Part shown: positions 9,230-16,503 of the stretch, one piece after another | Numbering within the stretch: position 1 is the first letter of the stretch | How the letters are laid out: each line of letters opens with the position of its first letter | NCBI RefSeq assembly: GCF_000829235.1 | Contig: NZ_AP012549.1 | Span: 1,170,001-1,202,000 of the forward strand | Reading direction: 5' to 3' | Length of the DNA: 32,000 nt | Origin: a cyanobacterium endosymbiont of Epithemia turgida isolate EtSB Lake Yunoko | GTDB lineage: Bacteria; Cyanobacteriota; Cyanobacteriia; Cyanobacteriales; Microcystaceae | Position numbers and translations under genes: made by a program | Notes under the pieces: generated by a model | What the model was told of the DNA's origin: nothing | The model's input: the letters and a program-made list of their open reading frames with translations, nothing else | Database searches by the model: none

Positions 9230-10132
9230 TTATTGTAATAATTTATGTTGAAGTTGGGAACTAGGAACTTAAGTTTTCACTAGTAAAAAATTAGCAGTAC
9301 TGGGGAACGTCTGTAATCCTTTAAGGTCTGATAATATTTTCAATAAACTTTTTTTGCTAGCAACTAACCAAGACCAAGTTTGCTGTTGAAACTCGTGATC
9401 ATTAATTACTGCCTCTCCCACAGCTGCCGCTAAGCTATTAACAGACCTCTCGCGATAATTACCATTGTTGGAGACGATAAGGATGGGCGATTATCCAAAT
9501 TTGGTGAGTAATCGTATAATCACTAAATTTGGATAATCGCCCATCATCGGAATTAAGCTTTGTTGCTCATGAGGGGGGAAAAAGTCCATAAAGGACTTAT
9601 AAACCACTACTAAAGCAAATTTTTCCAGTAAGGGTAATAAAATATCCCTATGAAATAACTTTCCTGTGGGATTATGGGGATTGTTGATGATCACTCCGCT
9701 CAATTGGGGGTTAACAGGGTCTAAGTTCAGAAAAAAGGTTTTTCTTTTCCAAGAGAAAGGGCAAGACTTTACCTTAGCACCAAATCCTTGTAGAGCGCGC
9801 CAATAGTCCCAAAAACCAGGAACTATTAAGTAAGTGAGCTTTAGATTAACTAATTCTCGGACTGCCCCGGTTAATAGTTCAGATGCTCCATTACTAGGAA
9901 CAATCCAATCAGGTGAGATGTTATGTAATTGTCCTAAGGCTAATCGCAATCGAAGATAATGGCGAGCAGGATAATGGGCAATAGCGGTTATTCCTTTCTA
10001 AAAAGCGTTAATCGCACTGTTGGGAGGTCCCAAAGGGTTAATACTAACAGAAAAATCTATAATAGAAGTGACTGGACAGCCTGCTTGATTCGCTGCCCAG
10101 GTTAAGTTTCCTCCATGGATAGGCCGTTTCAT
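9230..10132 (-). pseudogene. cobD: L-threonine-O-3-phosphate decarboxylase pseudogene (CobD in Salmonella naming, CobC elsewhere; class I/II aminotransferase fold)
   Basis: Minus-strand reading from ATG 10132 gives MKRPIHGGNLTWAANQAGC..IIDFSVSINPLGPP, then an in-frame TAG (plus-strand cta 9998-10000). ORF 9491..9949 follows in the same frame with NNPHNPTG, degenerate YKSFMDF (DEAFMDF expected) and LLTKFG* ending right after the PLP-lysine motif. Downstream homology continues in shifted frames (IIAHPYRLQQW, then SVNSLAAAVGEAVINDHEFQQQTW..STANFLLVKT*). Confidence 0.8.
9482..9545. repeat. Perfect 21-bp inverted repeat (about 26 bp with one G-U) inside the cobD pseudogene, at its premature stop
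   Basis: gatgggcgattatccaaattt (9482-9502) is the exact reverse complement of aaatttggataatcgcccatc (9525-9545). The arms extend inward through ggtga/tcact. The 12-nt centre is gtaatcgtataa. Confidence 0.9.
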
Positions 10133-10148
10133 TCTAATGGAATAACAC

Positions 10149-10430
10149 TTATGACTTGGGTGCAACTTTTTCCTTAAATAGTTTTCCAGCAGAAAATGCC
10201 GGAACCCTTGTCGCAGGAATTAACATTTTTTCGTTCGTTTTTGGGTTACGCCCTTCACGAGCTTTGCGATCGCGTGCCTCAAAAGAGCCAAAACCAACAA
10301 GAGTAACTTTATCATCTCCGGAGACTGCTTCCATAATGGTTTCAATGGTGGCCGAGATAACTGCCTCAGCCTGCTTTTTGGTAACATCGGCTCTATCTGC
10401 TACTGCATCAATCAATTCGCCTTTATTCAT
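10149..10430 (-). CDS. hup: DNA-binding protein HU
   Basis: MNKGELIDAVADRADVTKKQAEAVISATIETIMEAVSGDDKVTLVGFGSFEARDRKAREGRNPKTNEKMLIPATRVPAFSAGKLFKEKV is a full-length HU/IHF fold with the RNPxT arm. I chose the internal ATG at 10430 over the longer ORF start at 10490 because the extra 20 aa have no HU counterpart. Confidence 0.92.
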   Translation of the reverse strand: MNKGELIDAVADRADVTKKQAEAVISATIETIMEAVSGDDKVTLVGFGSFEARDRKAREGRNPKTNEKMLIPATRVPAFSAGKLFKEKVAPKS

Positions 10431-10960
10431 ACGAGAATCTCCCTTTGTTCTTAATTTGATAGTTTTTAGGATAAATTTCTTCAGTGACATTTTGCCATGA
10501 GAAATTTTTCTAAGGAGCCAATTAGAGAAATATTAGTTTGGGTAAATTCCCAAAATCCTCATAGGCTAAATGTTTCACTGCATTATTCTAAGCCCTATTT
10601 GTCTTCTTTGGTATCGCTTAAACCTTTAATTTCTGTAGATTTTGTCGGTTTTCTGGGAAATTTATTTCCTAAACTTGCCCATTGTGCATTGAAGTATTTG
10701 AGAGAAAACTAGCAGCAATGAAGTTAGAGTTTAAATAATTAGATTGTAAACGAATATAAATTTTAAAAGTTAAAACTAAATAGATTTTAAGTGAGTATCT
10801 TTAAATAAATAGTCAAAAAAAATTACTTTAGATCTCTATATTAGAGTTGTATAAATTAATTTTATATAACTCTAATTATTATTAAATAATATTATTTTGT
10901 TTGTTAAATATTATTTAAATAATTTTCTAATTTTTATTAGACACAATCACCCTTATATTA

Positions 10961-11003
10961 ATTTATTTATAGACTCTAAGTCATTTATTTATAGACTCTA
11001 AGT
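10961..11003. repeat. Tandem direct duplication, 22-bp period, 2 copies
   Basis: atttatttatagactctaagt occurs at 10961-10981 and again, identical, at 10983-11003. One nucleotide (c) separates the copies. Confidence 0.9.
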
Positions 11004-11146
11004 TATTTAAAAATATAAATTTAATTATTTTTAAATATTGCTTAAGTTTAATTTAAACTAAACTATTTTTACTTATTTAGTAATAATCACGAACAGTTAC
11101 AGTATCTGTTCTGTTTTTTAGAAAATTATATAATTTTTATCTTCCG

Positions 11147-11189
11147 TAAATAATCTATTTAGAAAAATAATTTCTAAATAGATTATTTA
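11147..11189. repeat. Perfect 19-bp-arm AT-rich inverted repeat (hairpin or palindromic site), 5-nt centre
   Basis: taaataatctatttagaaa-aataa-tttctaaatagattattta, all 19 pairs checked by hand. Confidence 0.85.
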
Positions 11190-11289
11190 ATAATTTTAGC
11201 TAATCTACAATTTCTTTGAATTTACATTATCTGAGATGGAAACATGATACTTTTACTTTTGTTTTCATCTTGTAAAAAATTTTGGGGTA

Positions 11290-11826
11290 ATGAGTGAAAT
11301 TCAATAATTAAGGACTTGTTATTGTTAATACCAGTAATGGGAAAGACAAAACCACAGCCGCTTTTTGGATGCTTATAAGACCCCTTGGACATGGGTTCCG
11401 AGTGGCTGTCGTCCAATTCATTAAAGGAACTTGGGAACTTGCAGAAAAAGAGGTACTAAGTCGGTGGGGGACCGACTAGAATTTTATGCTATGGGGGAAG
11501 GATTTACATGGGAAACCCAGGATCAAGAACGAGATATTGAGAATGTCCAAGTTGTCTGGGAAAAAGGGTTATCTTTTATTTGTAACAAAAAGTATCGATT
11601 AGTGTTACTCGATGAAATTAATGTTGCCTTACAATTGGGCTATCTCGATGTAAATACGGTTTTAAAAGGACTGTCCCAAAAACTAAACTGTCCACTGCTC
11701 ATGTTATACTGACAGGAGGCGGTACACCCCTTGATAGAAAGGGCAGACTTAGTGACGTAAATGACCTTAATTAAACATCCTTTTTAAAAACAAGGGATTA
11801 GAAATCAACCAGGGATTGAATTTTAA
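11290..11826 (+). pseudogene. cobO: Cob(I)yrinic acid a,c-diamide adenosyltransferase pseudogene (CobO/CobA/BtuR family)
   Basis: Fragments in shifting frames: [42 protein letters not shown] (P-loop GNGKGKTTAA degraded to SNGKDKTT), GEGFTWETQD, YRLVLLDEINVAL, then LIERADLVT*MTLIKHPF*KQGIRNQPGIEF*. There is a stop 5 codons after the ATG, at least one frameshift near 11460, and at least 3 in-frame stops in the 3' part. Confidence 0.85.
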
Positions 11827-11832
11827 TTTTAG

Positions 11833-12363
11833 TCAATTTGAAGGTAAGCAAGCATCTAGGATGCGTTGGTCGTTGTCGCTGAGATCACCAAGACGATGGT
11901 ATCCCTCTAACGTAACTTCTGAGGATCGTCTGCTGTTGGTGGCTACTGGAGAGACAACCTGTAAACCGATGGCATAATTGTATTTCATGCCATCATGAGG
12001 ATCGATAATAGAAAGATTTATTTGACGACTATCAAAACTACCTGAAAAACAGTTAAATTCTGATCTCGGCATATAAAATGCCCCAATAACTTCCCCTTTT
12101 TGAACTTTAAAGACTAAATATTCTTGTCCCATAGTTTCGGGTTCTGGTGATCGTCCATACAGATAAACTCCATTAGCTAAACCACTAATTCGCGTTAAGG
12201 AAACTTCTTCAGATGAACTTTCTTGACTATGAGATGAATTTTCTTCAGCTGCCTGTACAAAATTACCACTAATTGTCCCTGAACTAATAAGTAGACTCAG
12301 AGATGCTATAGATAACAATCGGAGATGTGTGAGTGAAAATAAGAATGTTGGAACAAAAGACAT
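11833..12363 (-). CDS. Hypothetical secreted protein (N-terminal signal peptide)
   Basis: Intact 176-aa ORF. The N-terminus MSFVPTFLFSLTHLRLLSIASLSLLISSGTISGNFVQA-AEE looks like a Sec signal. The mature part has normal composition (GVYLYGRSPEPETMGQEYLVFKVQKGEVIGAFYMPRSEFNCF). I cannot name a family. Confidence 0.6.
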   Translation of the reverse strand: MSFVPTFLFSLTHLRLLSIASLSLLISSGTISGNFVQAAEENSSHSQESSSEEVSLTRISGLANGVYLYGRSPEPETMGQEYLVFKVQKGEVIGAFYMPRSEFNCFSGSFDSRQINLSIIDPHDGMKYNYAIGLQVVSPVATNSRRSSEVTLEGYHRLGDLSDNDQRILDACLPSN

Positions 12364-12783
12364 TTGATTTCCCTGAACATATGAACTAATATCAATTACA
12401 AGAAATATGCTTGTTTAAGCTAATATCGAAACTGGGAGGAAGTACTCATTCGGGACAATCCTTTGTGCCATTATCAGATAATACTGTCGAACTTGTTGTA
12501 TCCAAATATGCTTAACTAAACCATTTTCCCTGGAAAAACAGAATTGATAGAAACACCATATCTGCTCGGTTCAACTTATTTTTAAAGCAATTATCTAACT
12601 GCCCCCCAAAACACTGTTGGGAGCTGACGTTAATTAGCTAAAAAAGTTTCCTCACTACCATTTTCATTGTGCAGTAGTTTTCTAGAATAGGAGAACTTTT
12701 TTCTTAAGTTTTAATAAATGATCAATCAATGGACAAGATTTTGATTAACTGTACAATTAATTTTTATTAAATAATTTTCTTTG

Positions 12784-12813
12784 CAGAAAAAAGTGATCGT
12801 TAAGAAGACGACC
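12784..12813 (-). terminator. Weak candidate intrinsic terminator downstream of the sigma-factor gene
   Basis: On the minus strand, ggtcgt-cttctta-acgatc forms a 6-bp stem with one G-U. It is followed by acttttttctg. Confidence 0.3.
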
Positions 12814-12867
12814 GCCTTAACCCATCTAAGCTGATGTTTGTAGAATATCAAATGACTAGGAATTGAT

Positions 12868-13854
12868 TTAGCTAGCTGCCAAATATTTCTTGATATTTGT
12901 TTTACTTCTACGTAAGTAAGCTAAGGCTTGATGTTCTAACTGAAGAACTCTCTCACGACTAATATTGAGCTTTTTAGCAATTTTAGTTAGGGATAGTTCT
13001 TTCCCATCCTCCAATCCGAAGCGCAAAGTAAGGATCATCTGTTGCTGTAGAGTTAACTCCTTCATTAAATCTCTCAAGTCTTTACGTAGTAACTCTTGAA
13101 TAGTGTAGTTGTCAGGAGAAACACCTCGATCTTCTAGAAGTTCTAAAAGTTCTGTGTCTTGATTATCCCCAACTCTGACATCTAAAGAAATAGGTTGACA
13201 CGCTATACTTAAATACTCCCAAATTTTAGAAGCTTCGAGATTTAAAACTGCACCAATTTCGGTAGGAGTAGCACTGCGACCTAATTCTTGAGACAGTTCT
13301 CGTTGGATTTTCTTTATTTTGTTGAGTTTTTCAGTAATATAAATAGGCAGGCGAATAGTGCGAGCCTGTTGGGCGATTGCTCGAGTAATTGCTTGACGAA
13401 TCCACCAATAAGCGTAAGTAGAGAACTTATAGCCTTTGGTTGGATCAAATTTCTCAACTCCTCGCGCTAACCCTAAACTTCCTTCTTGGATAAGATCGAG
13501 AAATTCCATGTTGCGCTTCTGATACTTCTTGGCAATGGCAACCACTAGGCGCAAGTTGCCTTCAATCATTTTACGCTTTACCCGATTTCCTTGGTCAATA
13601 GTTTTTTTTAGGTCTGATTGGCTAAGGTTGACAGCTTTTGCCCACTCTTTAAAACTTGGTTCTTGTCCTGCATCTTGAGTAAGTTGCTCTTTTATTTCCA
13701 ACAAAGACATCATTCTTTGTACTTGTTTCCCATATATAATTTCTTGCTCATGGGTTAACAGAGGCACCCGTCCAATTTCATGCAGATAAGTCCGCACCAT
13801 ATTTGTCGAGTACATAGGCTGTTTCGTTTGTGAGTTGACATTAGCAGTAGGCAT
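12868..13854 (-). CDS. RNA polymerase sigma factor, sigma-70 family, cyanobacterial group 2 type
   Basis: VRTYLHEIGRVPLLTHEQEI (region 1.2), IAKKYQKRNMEFLDLIQEGSLGLARGVEKFDPTKGYKFSTYAYWWIRQAITRAIA (regions 2.1-2.4, RpoD box), regions 3 and 4.2 (LSLTKIAKKLNISRERVLQLEHQAL). At ~328 aa it has no long region 1.1, so it is group 2 rather than SigA. I chose the start at ATG 13854 (AAGGAG lies 13 nt upstream); the ORF track's TTG at 13887 is the alternative. Confidence 0.9.
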   Translation of the reverse strand: MPTANVNSQTKQPMYSTNMVRTYLHEIGRVPLLTHEQEIIYGKQVQRMMSLLEIKEQLTQDAGQEPSFKEWAKAVNLSQSDLKKTIDQGNRVKRKMIEGNLRLVVAIAKKYQKRNMEFLDLIQEGSLGLARGVEKFDPTKGYKFSTYAYWWIRQAITRAIAQQARTIRLPIYITEKLNKIKKIQRELSQELGRSATPTEIGAVLNLEASKIWEYLSIACQPISLDVRVGDNQDTELLELLEDRGVSPDNYTIQELLRKDLRDLMKELTLQQQMILTLRFGLEDGKELSLTKIAKKLNISRERVLQLEHQALAYLRRSKTNIKKYLAAS

Positions 13855-14276
13855 TGGTAGGTTATAGCTCCTTAAAACCTGCTTCAAAGTCTTTCACTAC
13901 ACTTTAGTGTTTTCCCCAAAATAGAGGAAATGCACATGAATACACTAGAAGAAACAACAAATGTGTAATCGATATGACTTTGATTTTACTCTAAACTAGC
14001 TCATTCATTTAGATGATGGCAATTATCAAACTGTTTATCCCTAATTCAGGGAAATAGAGTGACTTCAACCACTTTCAGTAAAGATTATAATTGTCACTTT
14101 AAAAGTCAACTTCAAGTAAACTTTAGGCATCTATTCACTAATAATGACGTAAAAATCAATATAAAGAAAGATTAAAATTTAGGGTGATTTCCGAACCTAA
14201 CTTGAAATGATTCACAATAAATAACCCTTAGCTAATAATTAATATAATTTACAAGAAGTATATTAATCTTAATGAG

Positions 14277-14307
14277 ATCAATAAAGCTTTTCAAAAGCTT
14301 TATTGAT
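14277..14307. repeat. Perfect 31-bp palindrome (15-bp arms, 1-nt centre) containing two HindIII sites
   Basis: atcaataaagctttt-c-aaaagctttattgat, all 15 pairs verified. It lies ~420 bp upstream of the sigma gene start and ~440 bp upstream of the tRNA gene. Confidence 0.85.
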
Positions 14308-14748
14308 AAGGACTTCAAGTAATTACTCGTTATCAACAGAAGATCGAACAAAAGTTAGTGAAACTAATTGATAAAATTTTACTTCGTAATAATTATTGGA
14401 GCGAACCGATTAACGACCAACTAAAAAACATCTATCAGATTTAATTTGAGAAAAATTGAAGCGTTTGAGACTATTATGTTCAATTTTAAAATTAACCGAT
14501 TACTTATTACCTGTTTACCTCAAAAATATTCTCCCAATTGAGGTTAAAAAGAGAAGTTAACCTCGCTTCTTGATATGTCTAAACAAAAATTGTAGTCTTA
14601 TATTGTTGGCGGTTACCATTTCAGAGTTAGATAATCGTCAACTTTGTTGTGTTTTGACTTAGGTATTGAGAATAACAAAAGTATTTTTAAATCTTATATA
14701 ACTCATATACTCAATCAAATGATATGATTTTAAAAGGGGTTACCCCTT

Positions 14749-15083
14749 GGGGCTGTGGCTCAGTAGGATAGAGCAAGCGCCTCCTGAAGTGTCGGGCATC
14801 ATGGACGGAAACGCCATAGATGGATGTGGTCAAATTCAAGGAAGCCTAAGTCTTCTTAAAGATAAGGTAATCTTGAGCCAAGCTCTAAGTCCCTGGTAGA
14901 GAAGGTGCAGAGACTGGTTGTAGGTCGCCAAAGGGACACAAAAACAATAGGGCTAATCATGTCTACAACATAACGGCCACCACCTAAGGACATCAAGTCT
15001 AGGGTGAAGGAATAGTCCAGAGAGTGAGGAAACTCACACTAATCTGAAGCGCTAGGTCGCCGGTTCGAATCCGGCCAGTCCCG
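14749..15083 (+). tRNA. tRNA-Arg(CCU) gene interrupted by a group I intron (exon 1 14749-14785, exon 2 15047-15083)
   Basis: Joined exons give a 74-nt cloverleaf. Acceptor ggggctg/cagtccc (one G-U), D arm gctc-agtaggata-gagc with G18 G19 A20, anticodon arm agcgc-ctCCTaa-gcgct, variable loop aggtc, T arm gccgg-ttcgaat-ccggc, discriminator G. CCA is not encoded. Confidence 0.9.
14786..15046 (+). ncRNA. Group I intron (IC3-like, tRNA-intron type), 261 nt, no internal ORF
   Basis: It is inserted right after U36 (5' splice site follows a U) and ends in G (..aatctG). It contains the conserved IC3 core strings known from the Azoarcus and cyanobacterial tRNA introns: ggtcaaattc..gaagcctaag, aatcttgagccaagc, gaaggtgcagagactgg, ccaccacctaagga, gaaggaatagtccag. 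Confidence 0.88.
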
Positions 15084-15402
15084 TTAACCTGTCAGTAAGT
15101 CTCTATCAAACAGTAACTATAGAGAGAATAATATAATATTATTCTAAGCGTTATCCATAATTGAGCACTCAATTTTTTGGTTTAAGCTCAGATACGAGTC
15201 ACAAACATCGATGGTTTATGGCTCATGATTAACTTTTATGTGAATTTTTGTAAAGATCTAATGACTTTAATATAGTGTTTCTCAGGAATGGGAAGATTGA
15301 GGTATACCCTAATTTATTTCCTGTTGCCTAAAATTTAAAAAGTTTTGTATTTCATCAAATATGCTTTACGGCTATCCCAATTAGTTTGATAGTTCCATTA
15401 TT

Positions 15403-15999
15403 GTGTTCATGTTATTAAAAATTAATCCCAAAAAACACCGTATAAAAGTTCTTTCATCTCGTTGGAGGTATAGGTTGTTACCTCTAATTTCTCTGGTAGG
15501 TATTAGTCTGTGGGCAGGTTGTAAAGAATTACAAAGTTATATGGTGCAACCTGAAGCGATCTTTGTTTTAGGAGGACACGAAGAACGCGAACACTTTGCC
15601 GCTCAATTGGCTAGTCGACATCGCGATCTCCCTATTTGGGTGTCTTCTGGAAGCCCTCAAAGCTATGCTAAAAAGATTTTTAGGGAAGCCGGTATTTCCA
15701 GTGCTCGCCTTTATCTAGATTACCAGGCACGGGATACTGTAACTAACTTTACAACCCTAGTAGATACCTTTAAAAAACAAGGCATTGATAGTGTTTATCT
15801 AGTTACTTCCGCTAATCATATGAACCGTGCTCGCTTTATTGGGGAGATTGTTTTTGGCACTCGGGGGATTATACTTAAACCTATAGCTGTTGAGTGTGAT
15901 CGCCCTCCTGAACCCTTCAAAAAAATCCTCAGAGATGTAGCTAGATCACTGCTGTGGTTGGGTACGGGCAAAACAGGAGAAACTTTGATTGTTCCTTGA
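15403..15999 (+). CDS. DUF218 (YdcF/ElyC/SanA-like) domain protein with an N-terminal membrane anchor
   Basis: IFVLGGHEEREHFAAQL...PIWVSSG....AGISSARLYLDYQARDTVTNFT....GIDSVYLVTSANHMNRA matches the DUF218 core. The N-terminal LLPLISLVGISLWAG is hydrophobic. ATG 15409 is an alternative start. Confidence 0.75.
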   Translation: MFMLLKINPKKHRIKVLSSRWRYRLLPLISLVGISLWAGCKELQSYMVQPEAIFVLGGHEEREHFAAQLASRHRDLPIWVSSGSPQSYAKKIFREAGISSARLYLDYQARDTVTNFTTLVDTFKKQGIDSVYLVTSANHMNRARFIGEIVFGTRGIILKPIAVECDRPPEPFKKILRDVARSLLWLGTGKTGETLIVP

Positions 16000-16503
16000 A
16001 ATTAAATTCTTGGCGGTATTTTTTAAAAGTCTGTTGCCAAATGTTTTGGGGTTGAAGCTCTGTTCTTTCGGGGAGACTTTGTGTGTTATTATAGTGTTGT
16101 GTTAATATGTATGAAGTATCGATAAAGTCCTTTTTTAGAAGATTAATTTAAAGACTTTGTAACCGACGATAGCTGGGAAGCTCCGCTCCTTCTGAGACGT
16201 ATTCTTCCATAGAGGAACTCTGCCCAGTCAGTGTAGAATAAGAATTAATTGTTAGTTTGATTGTGAAGTGATTTAAACTATTAAACATTCAAAAAAGGAT
16301 GCATCCTGCTGTTGGGTAGTGAATGTTACGTCGGACTGGAATGCTTGTGGATTTAGAGTTTGGTGGAGGTGTAACTTGGAAAAACTATGTCTAGCTAAGA
16401 GAAGAATAAGCAAGAGTCCCTGTCGTTCTAAGGACAGGGAGTGTCAAAACAGAACGCTGTGCATTAGGTTCAAAGTAACAAACACAGGCTTAGGAGAGAT
16501 GTC

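Noticed and set aside
10156-10500. 114-aa plus-strand ORF
   Set aside because: It is exactly antisense to the well-supported HU gene. Its composition is low-complexity and Ser/Ala/Phe-rich, typical of a shadow ORF.
10961-11003. Direct repeats considered as a possible CRISPR array (also 18300-18334)
   Set aside because: There are only two adjacent copies with a 1-nt gap and no spacers (or a 7-nt microsatellite). No cas genes are present. These are simple tandem duplications.
13288-13470. 60-aa plus-strand ORF. The same class includes 4306..4488, 7573..7797, 11222..11416, 22561..22773, 22770..22997, 27737..27949 and 31042..31224.
   Set aside because: All are out-of-frame or antisense overlaps of strongly supported genes or pseudogenes. 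None has a recognisable motif, so I treat them as frame shadows.
15126-15178. A 21-bp palindrome (agaataatat-a-atattattct) and a short hairpin plus T6 run (attgag-ca-ctcaat-ttttt) downstream of the tRNA gene, considered as a tRNA terminator
   Set aside because: The hairpin before the T-run has only a 6-bp stem and a 2-nt loop, which is sterically poor. The palindrome is pure A/T low complexity. I judged this too weak to annotate as a feature, although the T-run may still help termination.
16100-16503. Possible RNase P RNA. I noticed aaagtcc near 16126, acagaac near 16455 and ggctta near 16486, which recall P4 and the 3' conserved strings.
   Set aside because: The universally conserved GAGGAAAGUCC and ACAGAAxxCGGCUUA blocks are not intact. 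The spacing is wrong, with 30 nt between acagaac and ggctta. I kept the region only as an unexplained G-rich stretch.
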